A DNA stretch of 64,000 bases from an uncultured virus (IMG/VR IMGVR_UViG_3300036466_000576) (IMGVR_UViG_3300036466_000576); one strand, 5' to 3'. Positions 18,201 to 28,049 are shown, counted from the stretch's first letter. The notes: generated from the sequence alone by a model not told the origin. Translations and numbers: made by a program.

Positions 18201-19056
18201 CCCTCTGACTGGATCCGTGGGCGTGGTAACATTAAACTTACCTAGAATATCTTTCCAATCGGAAAACGAAGAACATTTTATGAAAAGAATTTATGAATTA
18301 ATGGATATTGCTAGAGATTCTTTAGAAGTTAAAAGAAGAGTCTTAGAGAAATTAACCGATCAAGGTTTATATCCTTATTCAAAATTTTATCTTAGAGATA
18401 TTAAAAAGAGATTTAATAAATACTGGTCAAACCATTTTAGTACAATTGGTTTAGTAGGAATGAATGAAGCTCTTCTTAATTTATTAGGAGTTACTATTGC
18501 AGAAAAAGAAGGCAATGAGTTTGCTGAAAAAGTATTAAATAAAATGAAAGAAAAATTATTAGAATACCAAAAAGATACTGGTAATCTATATAATCTTGAA
18601 GCAACCCCAGCCGAAGGCACTTCTTATTCTCTAGCTAAGAAAGATAGAGAAAGATTTGGAAATGAAATCATTTGTGCTAATCAAGAAAGAGTTGTATCTG
18701 GTGAAGGTGAACCTTATTACACCAACTCAACTCAATTACCAGTTGGTTTAACCGATGATGTATTTGAAGCTCTTGATTTGCAGGATAATCTTCAATCTTC
18801 ATACACAGGAGGCAGTTCTTTCCACGCTTTTATTGGTGAAAAACTTGATAATATTGAAACAACCAAAAAATTAGTTAAAAGAATTGCTGAGAACTATAAG
18901 CTTCCATACTACTCAATAACTCCAACATTTAGTGTCTGTCCTGTTCACGGATATATTCCTGGTGAACACGAATATTGTCCTAAATGCATTGCTGAAGTTA
19001 AAGCTGAAGAAGCACAAGAAGTAAGCACAGAAGATATTAAACCACTTAATCTTTAG
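15217..19056 (+). CDS. nrdD: Class III (anaerobic) ribonucleotide reductase with ATP cone and two inteins; lacks C-terminal glycyl-radical loop
   Basis: VEKRNG ATP cone, HIHDL, GEAAGAQA, FPFPIPT, YNLEATPAEG, YYTNST, CPVHG..CPKC. Confidence 0.95.
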   Translation: MLINYVEKRNGKVVKFEKNKIKNAVYNACQTTNTEVAQKISKSITNKVIEHLEVEFNDNSEDNCPNVEKIQNLVETFLMKEGHYKIAKAYIIYREKHSKIRNTKNAFEDALTSMKGYLDQMDWRVNENSNMSYSLQGLNNFIVDEITSEHWLQNVYSDEIEEAHKSGDLHIHDLGLLSVYCFTGDTKIKLLDGTTPTIKELAEGKKGKEFWVYSIDDDGNIVPGKAYNARKTRINANLVEVEIDTGKKIRCTPDHKFMMRDGSYKQAKNLQENDSLMPLYSKPTNSGYETVWNFKGRNGFENYEYTHRLITNARKGEAVHHKNENKKDNRPENLTKMNDSKHRSMEIQKTMDKSDMLNKNGKRLIKMNKQKWKKKQMSDFAKNRPRDKKGRFISRGNNHKVVNVSKLTTKEDVYDIAVKKHHNFALEAGVFVHNCVGWDLKDLLLQGFRGVPTKTESKPPKHLKTAFGQVVNFFYSLQGEAAGAQALSNFDTYLAPFIAYDNLSYKEVKQAMQEFIFNINVPTRVGFQSPFTNITMDLKVPKHMKEEFVIIGGEYQERQYGEFQEEMDMLNKAFAEVMMAGDAKGRMFPFPIPTYSVTEEFDWNNETLDPVWEMTAKYGIPYWNNFINSDMDPEDTRSMCPITGDTKVLVKSDKYGTSIRPIQNVYSNVKNNKTEYKVFANGKWHKSTVEAFEPEEILELTFSNGDSIKMDSRHLQIVRTKKGPIKTLQAKDIKEGMYVPYNIDKVNQEEEYSQYNAGYAVGAYIGDGSKMRTSIVYSLSKKKVASGILEKLKKFFITSGYETVISHNDKEENVSLRINSRSNSPISWIETFITGDNAHNKRLNNKLFSMSTSFLKGVLQGWYETDGGNRGRIYTVSKELVEDFKILCNLLGRGYNVYGKDNRKERYSDNTVYTAKFHTRPSYGDWYFTENGYMWFKVDKIRKIQNSTYQKVYCFQVESNDHLFTTANGLVTHNCRLNIDNKELRKRGGGLFGANPLTGSVGVVTLNLPRISFQSENEEHFMKRIYELMDIARDSLEVKRRVLEKLTDQGLYPYSKFYLRDIKKRFNKYWSNHFSTIGLVGMNEALLNLLGVTIAEKEGNEFAEKVLNKMKEKLLEYQKDTGNLYNLEATPAEGTSYSLAKKDRERFGNEIICANQERVVSGEGEPYYTNSTQLPVGLTDDVFEALDLQDNLQSSYTGGSSFHAFIGEKLDNIETTKKLVKRIAENYKLPYYSITPTFSVCPVHGYIPGEHEYCPKCIAEVKAEEAQEVSTEDIKPLNL
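15757..16518 (+). mobile_element. Intein 1 in NrdD with HNH-type endonuclease
   Basis: CFTGDT...CTPDH...VYDIAV..HHNF..VHN/C; internal VHHKNENKKDNRPENL. Confidence 0.92.
17137..18138 (+). mobile_element. Intein 2 in NrdD with LAGLIDADG endonuclease; probable Pro1, class 3-like
   Basis: (C)PITGDT...VYCFQV..HLF...NGLVTHN/C; GAYIGDG and GWYETDG blocks. Confidence 0.88.
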
Positions 19057-19065
19057 GAGGTAAAA

Positions 19066-19521
19066 ATGCTTAAAATTGTAAACGGAAATTTATTAAAGGT
19101 AACAGAAGATATTATTATCCACCAAGTTAATTGTCAGGGAGCTTTTGGTGCTGGTCTTGCAAAACAGATAGCTCAAAAATATCCTAAAGCAAAAAGTGAG
19201 TATGTAAATCACTGCAATAAAAATAATCCAGACGATCTCTTAGGAGATTGTCTGGTTACTAAAACAGACGACTTTCTTATTGCTAATCTCTTTGGTCAAA
19301 AACATTATGGCAAATATGGTTCTTTCTATAAAAAACATGGAAGACAAACCAACTATCGTGCTTTTGCAAAAGGCTTAGTTAAATTAAAAAAATATTCTGA
19401 TAAATCCATTGCTATTCCTTATAAGATAGGTTGCGGATTAGCTAAAGCAGATTGGAATAAAATTCAAAAGATTTTTGATTTAGTTTTTCCGAACAAAGAA
19501 ATTAAAGTATATAAACTATAA
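19066..19521 (+). CDS. Macrodomain protein (ADP-ribosylhydrolase-like)
   Basis: GNLL, IIHQVNCQGAFGAGLA, IAIPYKIGCGLA..DW. Confidence 0.9.
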   Translation: MLKIVNGNLLKVTEDIIIHQVNCQGAFGAGLAKQIAQKYPKAKSEYVNHCNKNNPDDLLGDCLVTKTDDFLIANLFGQKHYGKYGSFYKKHGRQTNYRAFAKGLVKLKKYSDKSIAIPYKIGCGLAKADWNKIQKIFDLVFPNKEIKVYKL

Positions 19522-19544
19522 TAATTATAAAAGGAGAGATAAAA

Positions 19545-19781
19545 ATGAAAAAACTATTAATGGCAAGTAAAAAAGGTAACTATGAGATTAATCTTTTAGA
19601 GAGAGAAGCAGATAATGCGAAAATAAAACAACTTTTAAACAATAAATGTCCTGAATGTAATGGAAAAACTAAAATGAGAGGACATATAGAAGATGGGATG
19701 TATGAGCTTCACAAATGCAAAAAATGTGAAACATCCTTCGGGCTTCCCGCTTTAAAAGTTATTAATGGTGTTCCTAATTAG
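19545..19781 (+). CDS. Zn-ribbon hypothetical protein
   Basis: CPEC...CKKC, RBS AAGGAG. Confidence 0.65.
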   Translation: MKKLLMASKKGNYEINLLEREADNAKIKQLLNNKCPECNGKTKMRGHIEDGMYELHKCKKCETSFGLPALKVINGVPN

Positions 19782-19792
19782 GAACAAATATA

Positions 19793-20010
19793 ATGATTTT
19801 ATATCATGTAAGCACAGAACCTGTTCATAACGGAAATTTTTCCAAAAGTTCCTGATAGGAAATTAATAACAGAAAATGATTGGAAACCCAGGATTTCCTT
19901 ATCCCCTACTATTGATGGCTGTCTTTCAGCCATCCCTTTAGGAGGAGTATATTTAGAGCAAGAATATTCTGTTATTAAAAATACACTTCAATACAATATA
20001 AAAGAATATA
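19793..20010 (+). pseudogene. Frameshifted fragment of phage ADP-ribosyltransferase-like protein
   Basis: MILYHVS..F/PKVP...E..KPRISLSPTIDGCLSAIP across a frameshift. Confidence 0.45.
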
Positions 20011-20137
20011 TTTAGAAAGGAACAATTATTATGATATTCATAGATATAAACGCTATAATATTTAGGGTAATGTCAAAAATTAATTAATATTAGGGGTAAT
20101 ATTAATTTTTCAAAATAGAAAACAAAGGAGGAATAAT

Positions 20138-20842
20138 ATGAAAATTGGTGGATTACAAAAAACTTCTACGATAGATTATCCAGGACAACTAACTGCAATT
20201 CTTTTTACTCAGGGGTGCAATTTAAAATGTCCCTACTGTCATAATCCAGAATTGATATCATTAGATAAAGATAACTTAGAATTTGATAAAGAAAAATTTT
20301 TTGGTTTCTTAGAAAAAAGAAAAGAAATACTTGATGCCGTTACTATTACAGGTGGAGAACCCACATTGCAAAAAGATTTAATTTCTTTTATTAGAGAAAT
20401 TAAAGATATGGGCTATTTAGTTAAACTCGACACTAATGGGCTAAAACCAATAATATTAATAGACTTAATTAAAGAAGATTTATTAGACTATATTGCAATG
20501 GATATAAAATTACCAATAGAAGATTACGAAGATATGAAAACTCAAAAATCGCTCGAAGACATAATAGAGAATTTAAAATTAAGCATTAATACGATAATTA
20601 AACATTCAAAATGTGATTATGAATTTAGGACTACTATTGTTCCTGGACTTCATGATCAGAACAATTTTGAAAGAACAGTAAAAGAAATTTCTGAAGCTCA
20701 AAACTACTATATACAAAACTTTAGACCAAATAAAACTCTTAATAAATCATTTGAAGAAAAAAGAAGATTTACTGATAAAGAGTTAAAAGAATTTGAGTTA
20801 ATAGCTAAAAAATATGTAAAAAATGTTTATATTAGGAATTAA
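20138..20842 (+). CDS. nrdG: Anaerobic RNR activating radical SAM enzyme
   Basis: IDYPG, GCNLKCPYCHN, TGGEPT, DTNG, EFRTT. Confidence 0.93.
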   Translation: MKIGGLQKTSTIDYPGQLTAILFTQGCNLKCPYCHNPELISLDKDNLEFDKEKFFGFLEKRKEILDAVTITGGEPTLQKDLISFIREIKDMGYLVKLDTNGLKPIILIDLIKEDLLDYIAMDIKLPIEDYEDMKTQKSLEDIIENLKLSINTIIKHSKCDYEFRTTIVPGLHDQNNFERTVKEISEAQNYYIQNFRPNKTLNKSFEEKRRFTDKELKEFELIAKKYVKNVYIRN

Positions 20843-20879
20843 AAATGATATAATAATACTAAGGAGGAGGAATAATAAA

Positions 20880-21005
20880 ATGGCTAATAAGAAAGTTCAA
20901 AAATGTGATGTTTATTCTCGTGTAGTTGGTTACTTATCTCCAATTAATAACTGGAACAAAGGCAAAAAGGAAGAATATAAAGATCGAAAAGAATTTAAAC
21001 TTTAA
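20880..21005 (+). CDS. Stand-alone NrdD glycyl-radical domain (41 aa)
   Basis: VYSRVVGYLSPINNWNKGKKEEYKDR; RBS AAGGAGGAGG. Confidence 0.88.
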   Translation: MANKKVQKCDVYSRVVGYLSPINNWNKGKKEEYKDRKEFKL

Positions 21006-21013
21006 TAAATAAG

Positions 21014-21043
21014 AAACCCCAACCTTTAATTAGGTTGGGGTTT
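21014..21043. terminator. Bidirectional terminator
   Basis: AAACCCCAACCT-TTAATT-AGGTTGGGGTTT between convergent genes. Confidence 0.8.
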
Positions 21044-21050
21044 TTATATT

Positions 21051-22592
21051 TTACAGATAAGAATTTTTTGTTTCTTTAATGATTTTATCTATTTCATTTT
21101 GTTTTGATTCAACAATTTTCTTTAAAAGAACTACTTTTGACTTACTTTTTTCAAATTTTTCTTTTGCAGAATCATATTGTTCTTGACTATTGTTAATAAT
21201 TGCTCTATCCATTTCTTTTTCATAACTTTTTTGTTTTTTTATTTCTTCATCAATACTTTTAATACTTTCTTTTTGGCTGGATAATACCACATCTAATTTT
21301 TTTTGATTTTGTAAATTTATTTTTTTATTTAGAATATTTTCTTCAACAATTTTTTTATTGTATTTTGTTTTTTCATTATATTCTTTAAGTTTAGCTTGAT
21401 TTTCTTTTTTAATTTTATTAACTATTTTTAAATAATCTTTGTAACTATCATACTCTGGATCGTTTATCTTTTTATCATAACTAATGTTAATCTTTTCTTC
21501 AGTAATTAAACCTTTATCTTTAGCAAATTTATTAAAATCAGCTTCCACTATTTGTTTTTTGTTTAATTTTTTTTCTATTTCATCAGCTTGTTTTTTATCA
21601 TATTTCCGTAATTTTTTTACAAGTTCCATTGTTTCAGCTTTCTCTCTTTCCATTTTTTTCATATTTGTTTCAAAAGCTGTGTACTCTTTTTTAAATTCTT
21701 TCATAGCTTTATTTGTCTCTGCAACTTTATTGTTTCTTCCCAATACATCAGCATTTAAACTAGAACTAACCAATCCTGTTTTTGCTTTAACTTTTGTTAT
21801 TTTTGGCTTTATATATGCTCCTGGTATTACAGTTGACTTATTAATATTAATTTTTGTATTGTTATATCCAGGAACTTGTTCTGGATTAAATAAACTACTT
21901 ATATTATTTTTATTCCCAGGAGCTATAAGTCTTCCTCCTCCATTAGATCTCTTTGATCTATTATTTTCGTTTGTACTATTTATAGAATTTTGAGTTATTG
22001 TTTTTGAATTTAAATTTGAATTTATATTCATATTAGTGTTATTACGATTTAATGCTAATTTCCCAGGTGAAGCATCACCTATAAGATAAGCACCTCCTAT
22101 ACCTCCAAAACCAACCATTCCTACATTTAAAACATCCTCGATAGAACCATTGCCACTAACAAGATTTTTAGCACTACTTATTGCCCTTCTACCTCCATCA
22201 GCAATATCTCCAATTGCTTTTTTAGCAGAACTTATAGGATGTGTAATCGTATTTACTACTTTTCTTCCTATTTGTTTGATTTTATTTGTTATCCTGCTAA
22301 TTAAGCTCTTTTTTTCTTTTTTTCTTTGTTCCGCAGCTCTTCTATTGTTATTTCTACTACTCCCGCTACTTTTTCCTCTACTTCCAATAGACCTTCTATG
22401 AGAACTACTACCATCACTTCTAGTATCATGTTTATCCAGCCCACCACTTCCGTTGCCTAATCTTGCATGTGCTGTGGTGGTAAAAAATATAGATGTTAAA
22501 GATAATAACATTATTAAAATAACAGCTAAAGAAATAATTTTAAATAAATTTAACTTTTTGTTAATTATAAACACTTTTATTCCTCCTTTCAT
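21051..22592 (-). CDS. Exported low-complexity/coiled-coil protein
   Basis: Signal peptide ending AHA, S/G/R-rich linker, C-terminal coiled coil. Confidence 0.7.
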   Translation of the reverse strand: MKGGIKVFIINKKLNLFKIISLAVILIMLLSLTSIFFTTTAHARLGNGSGGLDKHDTRSDGSSSHRRSIGSRGKSSGSSRNNNRRAAEQRKKEKKSLISRITNKIKQIGRKVVNTITHPISSAKKAIGDIADGGRRAISSAKNLVSGNGSIEDVLNVGMVGFGGIGGAYLIGDASPGKLALNRNNTNMNINSNLNSKTITQNSINSTNENNRSKRSNGGGRLIAPGNKNNISSLFNPEQVPGYNNTKININKSTVIPGAYIKPKITKVKAKTGLVSSSLNADVLGRNNKVAETNKAMKEFKKEYTAFETNMKKMEREKAETMELVKKLRKYDKKQADEIEKKLNKKQIVEADFNKFAKDKGLITEEKINISYDKKINDPEYDSYKDYLKIVNKIKKENQAKLKEYNEKTKYNKKIVEENILNKKINLQNQKKLDVVLSSQKESIKSIDEEIKKQKSYEKEMDRAIINNSQEQYDSAKEKFEKSKSKVVLLKKIVESKQNEIDKIIKETKNSYL

Positions 22593-22781
22593 TTTCTATT
22601 AGTTATATTCTAACATAATTGTCTTTTTTATACAAATAAAAATATCCCCATAATCAATTAAGTAATAGGGTAAAAGTCTGCTTACAAACCCTGTGGCCCC
22701 AAGGAAAGATAATTTTAAATCATTTATTATATACTTATTAGATAAAAAAAGATCTACTGTTTTATCAGTAGATCTTTCGAA

Positions 22782-23291
22782 TTAACTTGCTATTAACTTA
22801 TTGATCTCTTTACTTTTATTTCCTAAATATTTTCCAACAGTTTCAAAAAAATCTTTTTCATTCTTAAAATAATTGCTATTTTTATCATATGAAAGACTTA
22901 TTTTCTTATTTTTGATTGTTAAAATTAAACCAACACATCTTAATCCATGAATAATATTGTATAGATCTTTATTTGTTTTGTAAGAATTATATAATATTTT
23001 TTTAATAATTTTATGCCCCTCTAATTCAGGTCTCGGATCATAGAGATAAACACTTCTTGTCTTATTAATGTATTCATTGAAAAAATATTCTTTTAATTGG
23101 GATTTATTTTTTAAAATATATGGTTTTGCTTTTTTATAAACCTTCATACTTTTTAAATATTCCTCTTGATTTTCATTTTTATCTATTCCAATATATTTTA
23201 TACTTATTCTAGATTCACCATGATTATAATACAAAATCAAATTATTTTTCCTTAATGTCTGTAAAAAATTTTTTATTTTTGTTTTATTCAT
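22782..23291 (-). CDS. Hypothetical protein
   Basis: 169 aa with RBS and upstream TGGTATAAT. Confidence 0.65.
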   Translation of the reverse strand: MNKTKIKNFLQTLRKNNLILYYNHGESRISIKYIGIDKNENQEEYLKSMKVYKKAKPYILKNKSQLKEYFFNEYINKTRSVYLYDPRPELEGHKIIKKILYNSYKTNKDLYNIIHGLRCVGLILTIKNKKISLSYDKNSNYFKNEKDFFETVGKYLGNKSKEINKLIAS

Positions 23292-23386
23292 TTAAAAACA
23301 CCCCTTTGTCATGATTTTATTATTATAACCATATTATACCATAAAATAAAAAATAAACCAACCTGTATATTATTTTCAGATTGGTT

Positions 23387-24115
23387 TTATTTAAAATTAT
23401 ATTCGTTTTTTAAATACTCTAAATACTTTTCATAATCTTTATAAGTTATTTTGGTTTGATTTTTGACATCTTTATTGGTATATGTATTATTATCTTTTTT
23501 ATTATTATAAACCTCATATTTTTTTGATTCATTATCTTTTTTTATTTTCTTTAAGTTTAATTTTTTTTGATTATTAACTAAACCTTGTTTCACACTAAAA
23601 ATATTATTTTTTTTCTTTTTATTTCCATCAAATTTAGCTAACTTTAATTCTTCTTTATTTGATACTGAAAAGTTAGTAATATTAAAATTTGAATTATTAT
23701 TTTGAGTTGTTTTATTTGTAGAAAAATTAGTTTGTTTATTTTCGTCAATTTTCTTAATAATAGCAAAATAATTATTTTTTAATTTAAATTTATCAGAGAT
23801 ATTTTTCTCATTAACCTTAGTAGTTTTGTTTTTTTTACTATTTTCCTCTGGAATATCTTTAACTATTAAAACTAAACTCTCATTATAGTTATAAATGAAG
23901 TGTAAATAATTATTTTCTAAATCTACTATTGTCTCTATAGGTGATCCAATCTTTTCATTTATATTTTCATAAATTTTATTAATAATTGGATGTTCAATAA
24001 AGACATTTTCGTCTCCTTGATTCTCACTTGCATATATATTGATATTAAATACTAAAATATTAATTAATAACAGAATGAAAATAAAAAGATTTCTTTTCAT
24101 CTGTTTATTTTTCAA
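23387..24115 (-). CDS. Secreted hypothetical protein
   Basis: Signal peptide ending IYA. Confidence 0.65.
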   Translation of the reverse strand: MKNKQMKRNLFIFILLLINILVFNINIYASENQGDENVFIEHPIINKIYENINEKIGSPIETIVDLENNYLHFIYNYNESLVLIVKDIPEENSKKNKTTKVNEKNISDKFKLKNNYFAIIKKIDENKQTNFSTNKTTQNNNSNFNITNFSVSNKEELKLAKFDGNKKKKNNIFSVKQGLVNNQKKLNLKKIKKDNESKKYEVYNNKKDNNTYTNKDVKNQTKITYKDYEKYLEYLKNEYNFK

Positions 24116-24407
24116 TTAACACATCACCCCTTTTCACAATTCCTATAGTATATTATAGCATAATATATTATAAAATACAAATATTGTAAATAAAGATAAA
24201 AACTATTAACCTTGGAAAAAACCCTATTATTATAATAATAGGGCAATGTCAAAGATTTTCCCAGCTTAACATTTAGGGGTAGTAAATGTTAAATATCTTA
24301 GCTTATTGGTAAAATCAATTATATTATACCACTTATTCCATTTTAATCAAGTATTTTTATTAAAATTTGTTATATTTATCTTTAAAACAACTAAATTTGT
24401 TGTTTTT

Positions 24408-25049
24408 TTAGATAAATTTTCCTTCGTTTAGATTCATAACAGTTAAATAGCCACCTTTTCCAGCTCCAGTATCTAAAATTATCCTATTTCCTAACACTTG
24501 CGGTTTGTCAAATGGAGTATGACCTGCTATTATAATTTTATTTGTTTTAAATTTTTTAGCTTTTATGAATTTATTCCTTATCCATAAAAAATCGTTTTTA
24601 TTTTGTTCATACAATCTTTTTTCTGGATCTATTCCAGCGTGTACAAATATATATTTGTTTGTTTCATATATATATGGCAAATTATCAAACCATTTAGCAG
24701 CTTCCACTAACAATTCTCTATTATTTTTAAAATCTCTAATTGTTTTTGCTCCTCCATTTTGTTGCCAAATAATCATAGCATCTTCTTTATTGTATAAACC
24801 ATTATTAACTTTTTTGTCCAAAAGCGAATCAATCATCATCTGCTCGTGATTTCCTCTTAACAATATAAAATTATTATTTTTGTCTTTTAATCTTCTAATA
24901 TATTTATATGTTTCAAAAGAGTTTTCTCCTCTATCAATTATATCTCCCAGTAAAATAATCATCATATTATCATTATAATCTATTTTATTTAAAATATTTT
25001 TTAATTGAGTTATTTCTCCATGAATATCACTAATAATAAAAGTTTTCAT
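24408..25049 (-). CDS. Metallophosphoesterase (phage-type Ser/Thr phosphatase)
   Basis: SDIHG, GDIIDRG, RGNHE, VHAG, GHTP, DTGA. Confidence 0.92.
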   Translation of the reverse strand: MKTFIISDIHGEITQLKNILNKIDYNDNMMIILLGDIIDRGENSFETYKYIRRLKDKNNNFILLRGNHEQMMIDSLLDKKVNNGLYNKEDAMIIWQQNGGAKTIRDFKNNRELLVEAAKWFDNLPYIYETNKYIFVHAGIDPEKRLYEQNKNDFLWIRNKFIKAKKFKTNKIIIAGHTPFDKPQVLGNRIILDTGAGKGGYLTVMNLNEGKFI

Positions 25050-25248
25050 ATTATACCTCCCTTTCCATTATTTTATCTTTATTTTATTATATCATATTTG
25101 TAAAATTAAAGAAAAGTTTTAACCTTTAGTTTTCACATTAAATTAAAGATTCAGAATAATGATCTCTCTAAGTATTTTTTATAAAAAAAAGACCGCTGTG
25201 AACTGCGGCTTTTGAAACTAAAAAGGTTTAATTGAAAACTATTTTATT

Positions 25249-25563
25249 TTATAAATTATTTAATATTTCATTTTGCTCTTTTTTATATTCTTCTTCATAT
25301 TCTTCTTTCCAGAGTTTTAAAACAGCTTCGTCAACAGTTTCCCCAAAAGAATTAGTGTTCATTTCTTTCATTTTAGTTAACAACTTAATGGTTATATTTT
25401 TCAACATATAAGTTCTCGAAATTTTTTCATTCATTTTATCTTTTTTTATTTCTTCTTCGTCTATATCAAATACTTTCTTCGGAATATTGTCTGCCTTTTC
25501 TTTATTTTTCTTATCCTCTTCCAACTTTTTTCTTAGTCGTTCCTTATCTTCTTTTGTTGGCAA
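25249..25563 (-). CDS. Probable ParA partner (type Ib centromere-binding-like)
   Basis: Small charged ORF immediately downstream of parA. Confidence 0.55.
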   Translation of the reverse strand: MPTKEDKERLRKKLEEDKKNKEKADNIPKKVFDIDEEEIKKDKMNEKISRTYMLKNITIKLLTKMKEMNTNSFGETVDEAVLKLWKEEYEEEYKKEQNEILNNL

Positions 25564-25565
25564 AA

Positions 25566-26396
25566 TTATTCTCTCCCTTCTCTTTTGTTTATTTTTGTCA
25601 ACATTTCTTCTGTAAAATCTAAATATTTTTGGGCAACTTTTGAATTTTTCTTATATTCATAAATGGGTTTTCTATTTTTTACAGCCATTTCTGCATCTTT
25701 TGCAGAATTAATAAATGTATCAAAAAGCATATCTTCAGCTCCAACTTCTATATAATCTTTTTTATACTCTTCTAAAAGATTTTGAATCAAAACAACTTGA
25801 GTGAATACTATCCCTAAAAATTCAAGATTTTTATTTTGTTCTTTAACCTCATTAATAGCATCTCTTACAATTTCTATACCATCATAAGCATATTCTGCTG
25901 TTTTAATTGGAACAATAACATAATCTGAAACCATTAAAGCGTTATATTCTAAAACGCTTAATGCAGGACTGCAATCAATTATTATATAATTATATTTATC
26001 TAAATGACCTTTTTCTTTAGATTTTTCTATAACTTTTTTCAATCTAAAATTCTGATCAAATTCTCCCGCAATCCTCTGACTAATATTTTTCAATGATTTA
26101 CTTCCTGGCACAATATCTAAGCCTTTAAAATCTGTTCCAAATATACCCGTTGCAATTGGTAATTTATCCATTAATATTTTATAAAAACCATCATTATTAT
26201 TATCCATTTCTGTTATTTTTTTTCTTGGAAAATTTAAACCAATAGAAGCATTGTGTTGTGCATCAGCATCAATTAACAAGACATTGTTATTACCAAATAT
26301 ATCTAAAGTAAGTGAATAAGCAAGATTTATGGCTGTAGTCGTTTTTCCTACACCACCTTTATTATTGACTAATGATATTATTTTAGGTCTTGTCAT
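25566..26396 (-). CDS. parA: ParA/Soj partition ATPase
   Basis: NNKGGVGKTT, LIDADAQ, IIIDCSP. Confidence 0.93.
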   Translation of the reverse strand: MTRPKIISLVNNKGGVGKTTTAINLAYSLTLDIFGNNNVLLIDADAQHNASIGLNFPRKKITEMDNNNDGFYKILMDKLPIATGIFGTDFKGLDIVPGSKSLKNISQRIAGEFDQNFRLKKVIEKSKEKGHLDKYNYIIIDCSPALSVLEYNALMVSDYVIVPIKTAEYAYDGIEIVRDAINEVKEQNKNLEFLGIVFTQVVLIQNLLEEYKKDYIEVGAEDMLFDTFINSAKDAEMAVKNRKPIYEYKKNSKVAQKYLDFTEEMLTKINKREGRE

Positions 26397-26564
26397 CTTT
26401 TTATCTCTCCTTTTGTCATTTTTTATTGCTCTATTTTTTTTATTCTACATAAAACTTTAATGTCCTTCTTTTTAATTAAAAAATTATTTAATTTATTAAT
26501 TTATTAATTATTTAATTAAAATTGCAAACAAAAAAACACCCCACATAGTGAGGTGCTAATTATT

Positions 26565-27311
26565 TTAATTAGTAATTATATAGTTTTTTAAATCCAAAAA
26601 GGCTTCATCTAATCCTTTATTTTTATTAATAACAACAGTATCAGCAATATCAAAATTATTCAACTCATTTTTTTCTTTAATATTTTTAATTCTTTTTTCT
26701 ACTGCTTTTGTACCGTTTCTATTTCTTTCATATAGTCTTTTTTTTATTTCTTCTAAAGTTGAATATACATAAATAACTTTAACCTTTACTTTAAAGGGAA
26801 GAGTTTTTACTCTTTTCTTAAGCATTTTAATGCCTTTTCTTTCCATAATAACAAACGCTTTATTATTATCTTTAAATTTATCTAAAACTTCTTTTTTAGA
26901 TAGAGCATAGTGTTTTCCTGCATATCCTGCTTCCTCTAATTTATCAACTTCTTTCATTTCTTCATCATTTACAAAATAATAAGTTTTTCCATTAACTTCT
27001 CCTTTTCCTATTTCTCTTGTTGTATGAGAAATCAGTTCGGGAATATCTAGTTTATCTTCTATCATATTACCTAATGTAGTTTTCCCAGTTCCAGAAGCAC
27101 CTAAAATGCAGTAAATAGTTTTTTCTTTAGCTTTTTCATCGAAATACCTGTCGTTTTTAAGATAATCAGCCAGATCATATAGCCCATTTTCTTCTGCAAA
27201 ACCAATAAAACTATATTTTAACTCTTTATTTGAAGATTTTTCTGCATTATTTTTTATTAAGGCTAAAGCCATAAATGCCTGTTCGGTTAAACTTACCTGC
27301 ACTTGATTCAT
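26565..27311 (-). CDS. gmk: Guanylate kinase-like protein with N-terminal extension
   Basis: GASGTGKTT, ISHTTR..GEVNGKTYYFV. Confidence 0.82.
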   Translation of the reverse strand: MNQVQVSLTEQAFMALALIKNNAEKSSNKELKYSFIGFAEENGLYDLADYLKNDRYFDEKAKEKTIYCILGASGTGKTTLGNMIEDKLDIPELISHTTREIGKGEVNGKTYYFVNDEEMKEVDKLEEAGYAGKHYALSKKEVLDKFKDNNKAFVIMERKGIKMLKKRVKTLPFKVKVKVIYVYSTLEEIKKRLYERNRNGTKAVEKRIKNIKEKNELNNFDIADTVVINKNKGLDEAFLDLKNYIITN

Positions 27312-27328
27312 AATTATTCCTCCTATTT

Positions 27329-27706
27329 TTAATATTCAATATATCCTTCTTTAACTTCATATATCTTATCCATAAACTGCCACAATGTTGCAGAGAGGCT
27401 CCACTTTTTATATCCAGATATCATATTATAACCTTTGTTTTTCATTTCCTCGTCTTTAAGGAATTTTAAAACATCAGTATAATAATCTGTGCCTAAAGAA
27501 TTTAATCTATCTTCAAATTCTTTAACTTTTTCTTTTACAAGATCAGGCTTTTTTAAAAACTCTTTTGTTTTCCTGTGAAGATCTTTAATTTCTTTTCTCT
27601 CTTCTTGAGAAAGTCCAGTATTCATGAAATCTTCTTCTCGAATATAATTAATAGCTTCTCTTTGAGTTATCTGCTTTCCCATTATTATCTCTCCTTTTTT
27701 ATTCAT
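27329..27706 (-). CDS. Hypothetical protein
   Basis: ORF in minus-strand string. Confidence 0.6.
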   Translation of the reverse strand: MNKKGEIIMGKQITQREAINYIREEDFMNTGLSQEERKEIKDLHRKTKEFLKKPDLVKEKVKEFEDRLNSLGTDYYTDVLKFLKDEEMKNKGYNMISGYKKWSLSATLWQFMDKIYEVKEGYIEY

Positions 27707-28049
27707 GTTTCCACGGTTGATTATATACTCTTTTATTAAAATCAGGAAGATAATCTTCCGTTACGGAATCGTCTATCCCCCTTCTTATACTTCTTTCGCA
27801 TTGTCTAACACACCACTTGTTTAGCTGTTCAAGCTCATTGGTCGGTTTTGCATATCCACCTTCATATTCTCCTGGATCTTCAGGTGATTTTCCCAATTTA
27901 TTATCTGATAAAAAATAAAAATCATCTAATTCATTTTCATCTAAAACCTTTTTAGGTCTTTGACATATTCCTCAGGCTTTATTACATTTAGCATCACAAG
28001 CCACAATTTCTTCTTTATCAAATGTTCTAATTTCTCTTTGTATTAACAT
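27699..28049 (-). pseudogene. Phage-type Cys-rich protein with one in-frame TGA
   Basis: ATG 28049 with RBS reads CDAKCNKA*GICQRP in frame into ORF 27699-27896. Confidence 0.6.

Noticed and set aside
27972..27974. In-frame TGA at a likely Trp position suggesting a recoded genetic code
   Set aside because: Isolated case; long genes use TGG for Trp and read through intact in code 11, and no suppressor tRNA is present, so a nonsense mutation is more likely
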